The notes: generated by a model not told the origin, from the letters alone. A stretch of DNA of 64,000 bases from Gammaproteobacteria bacterium (GCA_003599485.1 QZKM01000019.1:9806-73805), one strand, 5' to 3'; positions 38,188-48,397 are shown, counted from the first letter of the stretch. Made by a program: numbers and translations.

Positions 38188-39128
38188 TGTGTTTGTCTGG
38201 TGGATAGATAGTCCTGGTAAGCTCTTGACAGTCCATCCCTCAAGCCGGTTTTTGCATGCCATCCAAGAGCGGTCAATCGTGACACATCCATAAGCTTCAA
38301 TGGCATGCCATCCGGCTTGGAAGTGTCGAACACAAGGTGTCCCGCAAACTGCACAACCTCGGCAACAAGCTGGGCGATTTCCCGTATGGTCGCATCTTGA
38401 CCAATACCGACATTTATGAACTCGCCGATATCACTGGCATTACATCTTTCCATCAGAAATACGCATGCGTCTGCGGCATCATCGCTGTATAGAAACTCGC
38501 GGCGTGGTGTCCCGGTGCCCCAGACTATCATTTCCTTGTCTCCACGTTGCTTGGCCTCGTGCATTTTGCGTATGAGCGCGGGCAGGACATGGGAATTCTG
38601 CAGATCGTAGTTGTCGCCTGGGCCGTAGAGATTGGTTGGCATGACGCTGAGAAAATTCGTCCCATATTGGCGGTTATAGGCCGCGCACATCTTGATGCCG
38701 GCAATCTTGGAAATGGCATAAGGCTCGTTGGTGGGCTCGAGTTTGCCAGTCAAAAGATGCTCTTCCTTCATGGGCTGCGGCGCGTGCTTGGGATAAATGC
38801 AACTGGATCCTAAAAACATGAGCTTTTTTACCTGGTGCTCGTATGCGGCCTGAATGACGTTGGACTCGATCATCAAGTTTTGATAAATAAACTCCGCAGG
38901 GTAGGTATTGTTGGCGTAAATTCCCCCTACTCTTGCCGCCGCCAAAAAGATGTACTCCGGTTTCTCGGATCCGAAGAAGCTATTAACCGCCTGTTGATTG
39001 ATAAGATCGAGTTCGGCGTGAGTACGGATAACAATATTGCGGTAGCCGCCCGCCTCCAGGCGGCGCAGTATGGCGGAGCCGGCCAGCCCTTTATGTCCTG
39101 CGATGTATATCTTGCTGTCTGGAGTCAC
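38184..39128 (-). CDS. fcl: GDP-L-fucose synthase / GDP-4-keto-6-deoxy-sugar epimerase-reductase (could act as ColC)
   Basis: [43 protein letters not shown]; GTG start. Confidence 0.92.
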   Translation of the reverse strand: MTPDSKIYIAGHKGLAGSAILRRLEAGGYRNIVIRTHAELDLINQQAVNSFFGSEKPEYIFLAAARVGGIYANNTYPAEFIYQNLMIESNVIQAAYEHQVKKLMFLGSSCIYPKHAPQPMKEEHLLTGKLEPTNEPYAISKIAGIKMCAAYNRQYGTNFLSVMPTNLYGPGDNYDLQNSHVLPALIRKMHEAKQRGDKEMIVWGTGTPRREFLYSDDAADACVFLMERCNASDIGEFINVGIGQDATIREIAQLVAEVVQFAGHLVFDTSKPDGMPLKLMDVSRLTALGWHAKTGLRDGLSRAYQDYLSTRQTQ

Positions 39129-39131
39129 GTG

Positions 39132-40271
39132 CTACTCGTGGTAATCGTATGCTGAATACCCGTGTCGTTTGACCAGATCATCACGTTCCGCGGAACTGAG
39201 ATCTTCCCGCACCATTTCGGCAACGAGTTCATTAAAGCTCACCTTTGGAGTCCATTTGAGTTTTTCTCTTGCCCTGGTTGGATCGCCTAAAAGGGCTTCT
39301 ACCTCAGTGGGCCGGAAATAGCGCGGGTCAACACGGACGATAGGTTTAGCCCTCTCTCCCCGAAGGGGAGAGGGGGTTTCGTTGGATCCCCTCCCACAAG
39401 GGGAGGGAGCAAGGTAACCGATCTCCTCCACGCCAGAGCCTTCCCATCGGATGCGCATACCAAGCTCTCCGGCAGCGGCGTTGACAAAGTCACGCACACT
39501 GTGTTGCTGGCCTGTGGCAATCACGAAATCTTCGGGCTCTTGCTGTTGAAGCATGAGCCATTGCGCCTCGACATAATCACGCGCATGGCCCCAGTCGCGT
39601 TTGGCGTCGAGATTACCAAGATAGAGGCAATCTTGCAGGCCAAGTTTGATGCGCGCCAAGGCGCGGGTGATCTTGCGCGTGACGAATGTTTCGCCGCGGG
39701 TCGGTGATTCGTGGTTAAACAAGATGCCGTTGCAGGCATACATGCCATAAGCTTCGCGGTAGTTGACTGTGATCCAGTAGGCATAGAGTTTGGCCACGGC
39801 ATACGGCGAGCGTGGATAGAATGGCGTCGTCTCACTCTGCGGGATCTCTTGTACCTTGCCATAGAGTTCCGAGGTCGAGGCTTGGTAATAACGGATCTTT
39901 TGTTCGAGACCCAGGATACGTATTGCCTCAAGCAGGCGCAGGGCGCCGAGCGCGTCAGAGTCAGCGGTGTATTCCGGCTCTTCGAATGAAACCGCTACAT
40001 GACTTTGTGCGGCGAGATTATAAATTTCGTCCGGCTGAACTTGCTGCACGATGCGAATCAAGCTGCTGGAGTCTGTCATGTCGCCATAGTGCAGGATAAG
40101 GCGGCGTTCCTTGACGTGCGGGTCTTGATAGAGATGGTCTATGCGGTCGGTGTTGAACAGCGATGTGCGCCGCTTGATACCGTGCACCTCATAACCTTTA
40201 TTGAGTAAAAATTCAGCGAGGTAGGCGCCGTCCTGCCCAGTAATCCCCGTAATCAACGCTTTCTTGGTCAT
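39132..40271 (-). CDS. gmd: GDP-mannose 4,6-dehydratase
   Basis: [50 protein letters not shown]. Confidence 0.95.
   Translation of the reverse strand: MTKKALITGITGQDGAYLAEFLLNKGYEVHGIKRRTSLFNTDRIDHLYQDPHVKERRLILHYGDMTDSSSLIRIVQQVQPDEIYNLAAQSHVAVSFEEPEYTADSDALGALRLLEAIRILGLEQKIRYYQASTSELYGKVQEIPQSETTPFYPRSPYAVAKLYAYWITVNYREAYGMYACNGILFNHESPTRGETFVTRKITRALARIKLGLQDCLYLGNLDAKRDWGHARDYVEAQWLMLQQQEPEDFVIATGQQHSVRDFVNAAAGELGMRIRWEGSGVEEIGYLAPSPCGRGSNETPSPLRGERAKPIVRVDPRYFRPTEVEALLGDPTRAREKLKWTPKVSFNELVAEMVREDLSSAERDDLVKRHGYSAYDYHE
39349..39410. repeat. Two tandem palindromic REP-like units embedded in-frame in gmd
   Basis: Minus strand reads CCCTCCCCTTGTGGGAGGGG...CCCTCTCCCCTTCGGGGAGAGAGGG, translated as [22 protein letters not shown] near-identical unit lies at 43250-43273. 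Confidence 0.75.
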
Positions 40272-41671
40272 GACTGATTATGCCGGTTATAGTTATCTTC
40301 AAGGCGCATAATGTCGTCCTCGCCCAGATAGCCTCCGGATTGAACCTCGATAATCTCAAGTGGAACAGGGCCTGGATTTTCAAGCCGGTGTCGCTCGCCG
40401 ATGGGGATATAGGTGGACTGATTTTCGCTCAAGGTATACTCTTCGTCGCCGCGGGTAACCTTTGCGGTGCCTTTCACCACCACCCAGTGCTCGGCGCGGC
40501 GGCGGTGCATTTGCAGTGAGATTGCCGCGCCGGGATTGATGGTAAGCCGTTTGACTTGAAACCGCTCTCCGCGGTCAACACCCTCGAAACACCCCCACGG
40601 GCGGTGCACGCGCCGATGCTGCTGATATTCGCTTCGTTCTTCTGCCTTCAGCCGGTTGACGATTTCACGCACGTTCTGGGCATGGTCCTTATGCGCCACC
40701 AGCACGGCGTCGGGTGTTTCGATAACGATGATATCTTCCAGTCCCACGGCGGCTAAAAACCGGTGCTGTGCGATAAGCAGCGTGTTCTGGGTGGCGTGCA
40801 TATACACATCGCCTTGCGTGACATTTCCTTCCTCATCCTGTTCGGACACATCCCATAACGCCGGCCACGCGCCAATGTCCGACCAGCCCGCGTCCAGTGG
40901 CACAACGGCGGCGCGATGGGTTTTTTCCATCACGACGTAATCAATGGAGTCACTGGGGCAGGCGGAAAAGGTCTGTTTGTTGATTCGATAGAATGCTCCG
41001 TCCCTCATTCCCTGTTCGAACGCGCTCCGGCATGCGTCCAGAATATCGGGCCGGTAGCGTGCCAACTCCTCCAGCCACAGTGAGGCGCGCATCAGGAACA
41101 TACCGCTATTCCACAGATAATCGCCCGATGCCAAATAGGCTTGTGCGGTTTCCGCATCCGGCTTCTCAACAAACGCCGCGACGTCATTACCTTTCCCCTT
41201 TTTAATATAGCCATAGCCGGTTTCCGGGGTGGCCGGAGCAATGCCAAATGTCACCAGGCGCTCGTCTTGCGCCAGCATCACAGCTTCACTCACGGCATGG
41301 TGAAATGCCTCAGGGCTTTGGATGACGTGATCCGCAGGCATCACCAGCATCAAGGCGTTCTCCTCCTGCTTGAGCAACGAAAGCGCCGCCAAGGTCAGTG
41401 CCGGAGCGGTGTTGCGCCCCACCGGCTCAAGAATGATATCCAAGGGGTCTTTGCCCAGTTGCCGCACTTGTTCCGCCACAAGGAAGCGATGCTCTTCGTT
41501 GCATACGAGCATGGGTGGACTGACACCGGACAAACCATCGAGCCGCGTGATGGTTTGCTGTAGCAACGTGCCCTCCCCTGCCAAGCATAGCAGTTGTTTG
41601 GGGTAATGTTCGCGCGACAACGGCCACAACCGGCTGCCTGCTCCGCCCGACAAAATGACGGGGTATATCAT
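40268..41671 (-). CDS. manC: Mannose-1-phosphate guanylyltransferase / mannose-6-phosphate isomerase
   Basis: [56 protein letters not shown]. Confidence 0.95.
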   Translation of the reverse strand: MIYPVILSGGAGSRLWPLSREHYPKQLLCLAGEGTLLQQTITRLDGLSGVSPPMLVCNEEHRFLVAEQVRQLGKDPLDIILEPVGRNTAPALTLAALSLLKQEENALMLVMPADHVIQSPEAFHHAVSEAVMLAQDERLVTFGIAPATPETGYGYIKKGKGNDVAAFVEKPDAETAQAYLASGDYLWNSGMFLMRASLWLEELARYRPDILDACRSAFEQGMRDGAFYRINKQTFSACPSDSIDYVVMEKTHRAAVVPLDAGWSDIGAWPALWDVSEQDEEGNVTQGDVYMHATQNTLLIAQHRFLAAVGLEDIIVIETPDAVLVAHKDHAQNVREIVNRLKAEERSEYQQHRRVHRPWGCFEGVDRGERFQVKRLTINPGAAISLQMHRRRAEHWVVVKGTAKVTRGDEEYTLSENQSTYIPIGERHRLENPGPVPLEIIEVQSGGYLGEDDIMRLEDNYNRHNQS

Positions 41672-41731
41672 TCTTCGTTATGAGGAATAGATGTGCATGG
41701 CTGGTATGAGACGGTTTTGATCGGCTTCGGG

Positions 41732-41743
41732 CACGCTACCGCC
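41732..41743 (-). promoter_or_regulatory. ops element (RfaH loading site), preceded by a JUMPStart-like stem-loop
   Basis: Minus strand GGCGGTAGCGTG is an exact ops consensus, 60 nt upstream of the manC ATG. The stem TGCGG-GGCATGTGTGCA-CCGCA lies immediately 5' of it. Confidence 0.9.
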
Positions 41744-41798
41744 ATGCGGTGCACACATGCCCCGCACAGCGTAAATTATTATTCTCAGCTCCTGCCGC

Positions 41799-41827
41799 CT
41801 GCTTGCGCGCAACGCGCAGGCAAGCAG
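41799..41827. repeat. Intergenic inverted repeat
   Basis: CTGCTTGC (41799-41806) pairs with GCAAGCAG (41820-41827), with an inner GCGC-AAC-GCGC; no U-tract. Confidence 0.5.
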
Positions 41828-41838
41828 CAGGGGGTACG

Positions 41839-42459
41839 TCAACTGCCGTTCGTATTCGGCGCCAGGCGCAGTACGCCGGGAATAAGAATGCGTTGAGCGC
41901 TGGTGTGTCTCAGCAAATCCTTGTAAGTCATCTCCGGCGCGTGAATGTCGGTAATCACGCAGGCGTGATGTTCCCCGCATTTATCCAGGCCATGCCATAC
42001 CGGTTTGTTTATAAAACGGTTGCGCTCGGTGTGGGGATCGTAGAGCCCGACGATTTCAATTTGACATTCCGATGCGCGCAGCAAAGCGATCTCTGCCAGA
42101 TCGGACATGCCGCACAATAAAATCTTGTTCCAGCCTTGCTGACGGGCCTGTTCGAACACGCGTTCGCAGGCATCGCTCGCCTCGCGGTAAAAGGAAAATG
42201 AGCGCTTGAGATACTGCGCGGTGAGGCTGGTTTTTTCGGAGAACCCTTTCGGGGTGAGGTAGTAGAGGTAGCGGTTAGCGGGAGCTTCGATGATTTTGAT
42301 GAGGCCTTTACGTACGCAGCGCTTTAAATAGGAGTTGGCCAGACCCAGCGCGACCCCCAGATGGCTCGCCAGATGACGCTGGCTGACCTCGCTGTTTTTG
42401 TCAATGACATCAAGGAGTTCCAGCATCAACTCGCCGTCTTCCCGATCCTTGCCGTTCAT
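41839..42459 (-). CDS. EPS-associated MarR/winged-helix transcriptional regulator with C-terminal Rossmann-like domain
   Basis: SQRHLASHLGVALGLANSYLKRCVRKG, YLYYLTPKGFSEK; located at the head of the glycan locus. Confidence 0.85.
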   Translation of the reverse strand: MNGKDREDGELMLELLDVIDKNSEVSQRHLASHLGVALGLANSYLKRCVRKGLIKIIEAPANRYLYYLTPKGFSEKTSLTAQYLKRSFSFYREASDACERVFEQARQQGWNKILLCGMSDLAEIALLRASECQIEIVGLYDPHTERNRFINKPVWHGLDKCGEHHACVITDIHAPEMTYKDLLRHTSAQRILIPGVLRLAPNTNGS

Positions 42460-42468
42460 CCCGTGAAC

Positions 42469-42496
42469 ACTATAGGGAAAATCCTCCGGGTGTCAA
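42469..42496 (-). promoter_or_regulatory. Sigma70-type promoter upstream of the MarR-type gene
   Basis: TTGACA-N16-TATAGT on the minus strand. Confidence 0.7.
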
Positions 42497-42579
42497 GGGG
42501 TCTGGCGAAGTTCATGCCCCAAGGGGTATTTCCCGGCGCTGGCCGCTCAACTCATCAATCAAAACCGCCGGAAGCTCCG

Positions 42580-43104
42580 TCAGCGCGCCTCGATGTGCGC
42601 CGCCTCGACTTCGATGCGGACTTGCTTGCCGATGATGTCGAGCAGCAGGATGACGCGGTCGTGTGCGGATCTGGCGAGGAAAATGGCATCGTAGTCGTGC
42701 ATTACCCCTTCCATGATTCTCACCGGCGCGCCGGGCTTGAACTCCTTGCCGGGCAAGACGTGAACGCCCGCCGGATCGGCGCGCGCCATGAGCGTTTCGA
42801 TAAGCGTGCGCGGCACGCGCGCCGGCTCCATGCCGAAACGCACCAGGGTGGCGACGCCCTTGGTGGAGCGGATCGGGCGCCAGTCGTCTATCCCGCTCTC
42901 AAGCCGGATGAATAGATAGCGCGGAAACAGCGGCCCGACGGCGTGAATACGCCGGCCCAGGCGGCGGCGCAGCAATTTACACAGCGGCAGATACACGGTG
43001 TAGCCCTGCCGCTCCAGATTGGTTCTGGCCACCTCTTCCTCACGCGGCTTGGAGTGGATCAGGTACCAGTGCTTGTATGATGACGTGTCGGGCGGCGTTT
43101 GCAT
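42580..43104 (-). CDS. rfaH: Transcription/translation elongation factor RfaH (NusG paralog)
   Basis: WYLIHSKPREE, NLERQGY, PLFPRYLFI, IRSTKGV..LVRFG, KOW-like C-terminus; cognate ops site downstream. Confidence 0.9.
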   Translation of the reverse strand: MQTPPDTSSYKHWYLIHSKPREEEVARTNLERQGYTVYLPLCKLLRRRLGRRIHAVGPLFPRYLFIRLESGIDDWRPIRSTKGVATLVRFGMEPARVPRTLIETLMARADPAGVHVLPGKEFKPGAPVRIMEGVMHDYDAIFLARSAHDRVILLLDIIGKQVRIEVEAAHIEAR

Positions 43105-43111
43105 CTAAAGT

Positions 43112-43120
43112 ATTTTAGCA
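43112..43120 (-). promoter_or_regulatory. Extended -10 promoter for rfaH (probably leaderless)
   Basis: TGCTAAAAT lies 7 nt upstream of the rfaH ATG, with no Shine-Dalgarno in between. Confidence 0.5.
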
Positions 43121-43161
43121 GTCCGGACTGCATGCAGCCTAACATATCACAGGCCGTGGTT

Positions 43162-43170
43162 TGTTATACT
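43162..43170 (+). promoter_or_regulatory. Extended -10 promoter for the divergent ChaN gene
   Basis: TGTTATACT about 20 nt upstream of ATG 43190. Confidence 0.45.
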
Positions 43171-43189
43171 TGAATCAAATGGACTCTTA

Positions 43190-44530
43190 ATGAGGTTTAC
43201 CCGATTGCGTAACATCCGCCCCCCTCTCCCTTCTCCCCTCTCCCTCATTCCCTCTCCCCTTCGGGGGGGAGGGAAGAGCGTAGCGAAAGGCGCCGAGCCG
43301 AGGTGCGCTACGCGCCCGCCCCTTCACTCCGGGGAGAGGGGGCGGTTTTTTTCAGTTTGTTTCATCATCGCAGGCATAGCCTGGCTATGGATGAAGCCGC
43401 TTGCAGCCGCAGAGCTGTGTGTCCCGGCGGGAAAATGGGTCTCGCCGCAGCGCGAGCCCGGCCCCATCCTGGTCACCCCGAACTTTGACGCGCTGGCGTC
43501 ACGCCAGGCGGTGCTGCTGGGGGAATCGCACGACAGCTTCGAGCACCATCGCTGGCAGTTGCACACCCTCGCCGCGCTGTATGCGCGGCGGCCCGATATG
43601 ATCATCGGCTTCGAAATGTTTCCGCGCCGCGTGCAACCGGTGCTGGATCGCTGGGTGCGCGGCGAATTGAATGAACAGGATTTCCTGGAGCAAAGCGAGT
43701 GGCGCAAGGTATGGAATTACGATCCGGCGCTGTATCTGCCTTTATTCCATTTCGCGCGCATGAACCGCATTCCCATGCTGGCGCTCAACGTGGATCGCAA
43801 GCTTACCTCGCTGGTGAGTGAACGCGGCTGGGACGCCGTTCCCGTGGAACTGCGCGAGGGCGTAACCAAGCCCGCGCCGGCGAGCCGGGATTATTTAAAA
43901 TTCCTGGCGCGGGTGTACCAGGCGCACGGCGCATCGAGGCCCGCGCACGATGATAAGCGTGAGCAGGATTTTGATTTCAACGATACCGGCTTTCGCTATT
44001 TCACCGAGGGCCAGTTGACCTGGGACCGCGCCATGGCCGAAGCCATCGCCGCCTCCGCGCGCAAACCCGATGCGCCGCTGGTGGTGGGCATCATGGGCAG
44101 CGGGCACGTCATGCACCGCTATGGCGTGCCGCATCAACTGGATGATCTCGGCATCCGCGCCAGCGCGGTGCTGCTGGCGTGGGACGCGCAACGCGACTGC
44201 ACGGAGCTCGCGCCAGCCATCGCCGATGCCGTGTTCGGCGTGGCCGCGTTGAACGAACCTGAAAAACCGAGGCCGCCGCGCCTGGGAGTGGCGCTCGACG
44301 ACGTCGCGGGCAAGGTGCGCATCAAGGAAGTGGCCAAGGGCAGCATCGCCGAACAAACCGGCATCCAGCAGGAGGATGTGCTGCTGGAGCTGGCCGGACA
44401 GCGCGTCGCGCAATCGGCCGAGGTGAGCCAAATCGTGCAGCGCCAGGCGCCAGGCACCTGGCTGCCCATCAAGCTCAAGCGCGGCGATGAACAGATCGAG
44501 GTGGTCGCCAAATTCCCGCCCGCGCAATGA
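43190..44530 (+). CDS. ChaN-family (haem/iron-uptake, Tiki-like) exported protein with C-terminal PDZ domain
   Basis: VLLGESHD...HRWQL, GFEMF, WNYDPALYLPLF, WDRAMA, GIMGSGHV; PDZ region LGVAL...GSIAEQTGIQQEDVL. Start uncertain because of an embedded repeat. Confidence 0.8.
   Translation: MRFTRLRNIRPPLPSPLSLIPSPLRGGGKSVAKGAEPRCATRPPLHSGERGRFFSVCFIIAGIAWLWMKPLAAAELCVPAGKWVSPQREPGPILVTPNFDALASRQAVLLGESHDSFEHHRWQLHTLAALYARRPDMIIGFEMFPRRVQPVLDRWVRGELNEQDFLEQSEWRKVWNYDPALYLPLFHFARMNRIPMLALNVDRKLTSLVSERGWDAVPVELREGVTKPAPASRDYLKFLARVYQAHGASRPAHDDKREQDFDFNDTGFRYFTEGQLTWDRAMAEAIAASARKPDAPLVVGIMGSGHVMHRYGVPHQLDDLGIRASAVLLAWDAQRDCTELAPAIADAVFGVAALNEPEKPRPPRLGVALDDVAGKVRIKEVAKGSIAEQTGIQQEDVLLELAGQRVAQSAEVSQIVQRQAPGTWLPIKLKRGDEQIEVVAKFPPAQ
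43216..43352. repeat. Composite palindromic REP-like element within the 5' end of the ChaN ORF
   Basis: CCCTCTCCCCTTCGGGGGGGAGGG (43250-43273), a GCGTAGCG/CGCTACGC inverted pair, and CCGCCCC...GGGGCGG followed by a T-run. Confidence 0.7.
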
Positions 44531-46524
44531 GGCTCCTTTACTGCCTGCTGGGCTGCCTGGCGTTCGCCTCCGCACAGGCGCAGGTAAGCGCGGTGCATCA
44601 CGATTTGTCCGTGACGCTGGAACCCGGCAGCCGGGAGCTCAGTGTCAGCGGCAAGGTGCGCTTCACCGGCAGCGGCATGGCCGAGCTGCGTCTGGCGCCG
44701 GAGTTTACCCTGCAACGCCTGACCTTGGACGGCAAGCCGCTGAGCGAAACAAAAATGCGCGGCGCATTGATAGGCGGGCTGCGCGTCCGGACGCTGGCGC
44801 TGGGGAATAAACCCGCCGCGCACATGCTTGAATTACAGTATCGCGGCACGCTGGCGCCGCTTGCCCAAGCCGACCGGCGCGAGGCGCTGGGAAACTTGCC
44901 CGCCATGGCGGATGAACGTGGCAGCTATCTTCCCGCCTCTTACGCCTGGTACCCTGACCTGGGGACCGAGACGCTTACCTACACGCTGGCGCTGGACGTG
45001 CCCGCAACGCAGCGCGCCATCGCGCCGGGGCGGCTTGTGAAGGAAACCACGCGCGGCAACCGCTATCGCGCGCGGTTTGAATTTTCCCGCCCCGCGGAAG
45101 GCGTCACGCTCATGGCCGGTCCTTATCGGACGAAGGAGATCAAATACAAGAACCTGCGCCTGCGCACCTACTTCCATCCCGAGATCGCGGAACTGGCGGA
45201 CGAGTATCTCAACTCCATCAGCGGCTATATCGAACTCTACAACGGCTGGATCGGCGCCTATCCCTACACCGCGTTCAGCATCGTCTCCAGCCCGCTGCCC
45301 ACCGGTTACGGCATGCCCACGCTGACCTATTTGGGTATAGAGGTACTGCGCCTGCCGTTCATACGCCACAGATCGCTCGGCCATGAAATCCTGCACAACT
45401 GGTGGGGCAACGGCGTGTACGCCGACTGGCGGTGCGGCAACTGGTCGGAAGGTCTCACCACCTTCATGGCCGATTACACTTACAAGGAACGGCAGAGCGC
45501 CGGCGCCGCGCGCGCGCAACGCCTGTCCTGGCTGCGCGATTTCGCGGCCATTCCTGAAGGACAGGACATTCCCTTGCGTGATTTCACCTCACGCCATCAC
45601 AGCGCCTCACAAACCATCGGCTATCACAAGGCGGCGTTTCTGTTTTTCATGCTGCGCGACCAGCTTGGGGCAGATGCCTTCAATCGTGGACTGAGGCGAT
45701 TCTGGAAGGAACAGCAATTCCGGGTGGCGGGCTGGGCGGACTTGCAGCGCGCCTTTGAGCCGGCCTCCGGTAAAAAGCTGGATATATTTTTCGCGCAGTG
45801 GCTCACGCGGCGCGGCGCGCCCCAGCCCGTCATCCATGACGCGCAGATCACGCAACAAAACGGCAGGCACCGGATTGCGGTCACCCTCGCGCAGCCTGCT
45901 CCTGCGTATGCATTGCGCGTGCCGCTGGTCGTCACCACCGCCGGAGGCAAACAGGAACACATCGTCGAGCTGAACCGGGAACGGCAACACTACACGCTGG
46001 AATCCGCGTCGCGCCCGCTCTCCCTCGCGCTCGACCCTGACCTCAGGCTGTTCCGCCGCCTCGACGCCGCGGAGCTGCCTCCGATTCTGCGCCAAGTGAT
46101 TAATGACCCTGCCACGCTCACCGTCATTACGGAGCAGGATAGCGCGTTCCAGGAGGCCGCACGGCGGCTGGCGGAAAGACTGCTCGATCATGCGCCGCGT
46201 TACATCGTCCAATACGACCGCGCGCAAACGCTGCTGCTCATAGGCACACATCAAGCGGCGCAGGAGTTCCTGCTCAAACATAAACTGCCCGCCCAGCCCG
46301 CCACGCTGCGCGGCAAAGGCAGCGCTCAAGTGTGGGCCGCGCGCCAGGACGGCGGCAAAACCCTGTTGGTGGTATCCGCGGATGACAGCGCCGCGCTGGA
46401 GGCCCTGCTCAGGCCCCTGCCCCATTACGGCAGCGAGAGTTATCTGGCGTTTGACGGCGGCAAGGTCATCGAACGCGGGGTGTGGCCCGCGCCATCCAGG
46501 GAATGGTTGTTTCCCGCGCATTGA
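44527..46524 (+). CDS. Exported M1-family zinc aminopeptidase-like protein
   Basis: Signal peptide, GYGMP, HEILH...NWSEG (HEXXH-X18-E), YHKAAFLF. Confidence 0.85.
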   Translation: MRLLYCLLGCLAFASAQAQVSAVHHDLSVTLEPGSRELSVSGKVRFTGSGMAELRLAPEFTLQRLTLDGKPLSETKMRGALIGGLRVRTLALGNKPAAHMLELQYRGTLAPLAQADRREALGNLPAMADERGSYLPASYAWYPDLGTETLTYTLALDVPATQRAIAPGRLVKETTRGNRYRARFEFSRPAEGVTLMAGPYRTKEIKYKNLRLRTYFHPEIAELADEYLNSISGYIELYNGWIGAYPYTAFSIVSSPLPTGYGMPTLTYLGIEVLRLPFIRHRSLGHEILHNWWGNGVYADWRCGNWSEGLTTFMADYTYKERQSAGAARAQRLSWLRDFAAIPEGQDIPLRDFTSRHHSASQTIGYHKAAFLFFMLRDQLGADAFNRGLRRFWKEQQFRVAGWADLQRAFEPASGKKLDIFFAQWLTRRGAPQPVIHDAQITQQNGRHRIAVTLAQPAPAYALRVPLVVTTAGGKQEHIVELNRERQHYTLESASRPLSLALDPDLRLFRRLDAAELPPILRQVINDPATLTVITEQDSAFQEAARRLAERLLDHAPRYIVQYDRAQTLLLIGTHQAAQEFLLKHKLPAQPATLRGKGSAQVWAARQDGGKTLLVVSADDSAALEALLRPLPHYGSESYLAFDGGKVIERGVWPAPSREWLFPAH

Positions 46525-46548
46525 TCCGGCTGGCTGCGGTTATACAAT
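46521..46548 (+). promoter_or_regulatory. Possible sigma70 promoter for aat-bpt
   Basis: TTGATC-N16-TACAAT. Confidence 0.4.
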
Positions 46549-46570
46549 GACCTCATGCAGGATACACAAC

Positions 46571-47260
46571 ATGCGCCATAAGGCCTCCCGGCCCCGGCTG
46601 CTGGACCCGCGCGATCTCGCCTTTCCCGACGCGGAGCTGGCCTTGCGCGAGCCGGACGGCCTGCTCGCGGTGGGCGGCGATCTCAGCCCGGCGCGGCTGA
46701 TGGAGGCCTACCGCAACGGCATCTTTCCCTGGTATAGCGAGGGCGAGCCCATCCTGTGGTGGTCGCCGGGCCCGCGCATGGTGCTGTTTCCGGAGCGGCT
46801 GCACGTCTCGCGCAGTCTGCGCAAATTACTCAAGCAAGGCCGATATAACGTCACCTTCGATCAGGATTTCGCATCGGTCATCAAGCAATGCGCCGTGTTG
46901 CGCGAAGGAGGCACCTGGATCACCCAGGAGATGCAACACGCCTATTGCAGGCTGCATGAACTGGGATACGCGCACTCGGTGGAGTGCTGGCGCGACGATA
47001 AACTCGCGGGCGGCCTCTACGGCGTGGCGCTGGGCCGGGTGTTTTTCGGCGAATCCATGTTCAGCCTGGAGCCGAACGCCTCGAAGGTGGCCTTGGTCAG
47101 CCTGGTGGAGCGGCTGCAACAATGGAGTTATCGCATGATAGATTGCCAGGTGCATTCCACCCACCTGCAACGCCTGGGCGCGGAAGACATCCCGCGCGTT
47201 GAATTTCTGCGCCTGTTGAAACAATGGCGCGGCGAGCCCGCGCTTGCGTGGTGGGGATAA
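46571..47260 (+). CDS. aat: Leucyl/phenylalanyl-tRNA--protein transferase
   Basis: [53 protein letters not shown]; start placed at 46571. Confidence 0.93.
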   Translation: MRHKASRPRLLDPRDLAFPDAELALREPDGLLAVGGDLSPARLMEAYRNGIFPWYSEGEPILWWSPGPRMVLFPERLHVSRSLRKLLKQGRYNVTFDQDFASVIKQCAVLREGGTWITQEMQHAYCRLHELGYAHSVECWRDDKLAGGLYGVALGRVFFGESMFSLEPNASKVALVSLVERLQQWSYRMIDCQVHSTHLQRLGAEDIPRVEFLRLLKQWRGEPALAWWG

Positions 47261-47263
47261 GCG

Positions 47264-48004
47264 ATGACATTCCTGAATATCGAACCCAACGACGCGCTCA
47301 AATTTTATCTCACCCGCCCCCACCCGTGCAGCTACCTGCCGGGACGCGAGGCGAGCACGCTGTTCGCCGATCCGGAAGCCCTCGTCAGCGGCCGGGATTA
47401 CGGCGCGCTCCTCGCGCGCGGATTCCGCCGCAGCGGCAAGCTGTTTTACCGCCCGCACTGCGCCCTGTGCGACGCCTGCATCCCGCTGCGCGTGCCGGTG
47501 GCGGAGTTCAAACCACGCCGCAGTCAGCGCCGCGTGCTGCGCCTGAATCGTGACGTGGCGGTACAGCGCAGCGGCGCGGTGTTCAACGACGAGCACTTCC
47601 GGCTTTATAAACGCTACATGACGGCGCGTCATTGCGCCGCCGGGGACGCCATCGGGTCACAAGACTACCAGGATTTCCTGCTGCACCCGCCGGAAATAGA
47701 CTGCGCGCTGTATGAAATGCGCGTGGAGCGGCGATTACTCGCCGTGGCGCTGGTGGATCGTGTGCCGCAGGGCCTGTCCGCGGTATATACGTTTTATGAT
47801 CCCGCGGAAACGCACCGCAGTCTCGGCGTATACGCGGTGCTGTGGCAAATCCGGGAGGCGCAACGCCTGGGCCTGCCGTGGGTGTACCTCGGCTACTGGA
47901 TCAAACAGTGCGCCAGGATGAGTTACAAGGATCAGTACCGGCCTTGCGAGATTTACCGCCAAGGCCGGTGGAGACGGCTGGAGCCGGGAACGGATGTGCT
48001 ATAA
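47264..48004 (+). CDS. bpt: Arginyl-tRNA-protein transferase family / Bpt aspartate-glutamate leucyltransferase
   Basis: HPCSYLP, GFRRSG, YRPHCALCDACIPLR, LSAVYTFYDP, SLGVY, YLGYWI, YKDQYRP. Confidence 0.9.
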   Translation: MTFLNIEPNDALKFYLTRPHPCSYLPGREASTLFADPEALVSGRDYGALLARGFRRSGKLFYRPHCALCDACIPLRVPVAEFKPRRSQRRVLRLNRDVAVQRSGAVFNDEHFRLYKRYMTARHCAAGDAIGSQDYQDFLLHPPEIDCALYEMRVERRLLAVALVDRVPQGLSAVYTFYDPAETHRSLGVYAVLWQIREAQRLGLPWVYLGYWIKQCARMSYKDQYRPCEIYRQGRWRRLEPGTDVL

Positions 48005-48009
48005 TTTAA

Positions 48010-48143
48010 AAAATATCTGAAACAAGTCACTCCCGCCCCCGATCAGGTCGAGGGCGGGCTCCAGCGGGAGTCCGGCAACACTTTTAAAATCATGGATTCC
48101 CGCTTTCGCGGGAATGACGATTCCTAACTTAATCAGAGTTTCT
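48010..48143. mobile_element. Degenerate MITE-like element carrying an inverted REP (dRS3-like) pair
   Basis: GTCACTCCCGC...GCGGGAGTCC (48026-48073) and GGATTCCCGCTTTCGCGGGAATGAC (48094-48118). Right end ACTTAATCAGAGTTTCT followed by TTAG; degenerate left end preceded by TTAA. Confidence 0.6.
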
Positions 48144-48170
48144 TTAGGGGTTACGAGTTATAAGCAAGAT

Positions 48171-48389
48171 ATGGCAAAAGAAGAACCGATAGAAATGGAA
48201 GGCACGGTGATAGAAACCCTGCCCAACACCATGTTCCGCGTGAAGCTGGACAACGGCCACGTGGTCACCGCGCACATCTCCGGCAAGATGCGCAAGCACT
48301 ACATCCGCATTCTCACCGGCGACAAGGTGACGGTGCAGCTTACGCCTTATGACCTCACGAAGGGGCGCATTTCCTTCCGCGCGCGTTAA
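48171..48389 (+). CDS. infA: Translation initiation factor IF-1
   Basis: [11 protein letters not shown]...LPNTMFRV...[16 protein letters not shown]...YDLTKGRI. Confidence 0.97.
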   Translation: MAKEEPIEMEGTVIETLPNTMFRVKLDNGHVVTAHISGKMRKHYIRILTGDKVTVQLTPYDLTKGRISFRAR

Positions 48390-48397
48390 GAGTTCTC

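Noticed and set aside
42520-42550. GCGGCCAGCG as a second ops site
   Set aside because: Poor match to consensus; an exact ops site exists at 41732-41743
44527-47260. M1 aminopeptidase as a generator of N-degrons for Aat/ClpS
   Set aside because: The peptidase has a signal peptide (exported), and a separate promoter-like sequence precedes aat
48026-48118. CRISPR array or tRNA at hairpin-rich intergenic sites (also 56968-57118)
   Set aside because: No direct repeat-spacer periodicity, no cas genes, and no cloverleaf or T-loop motif
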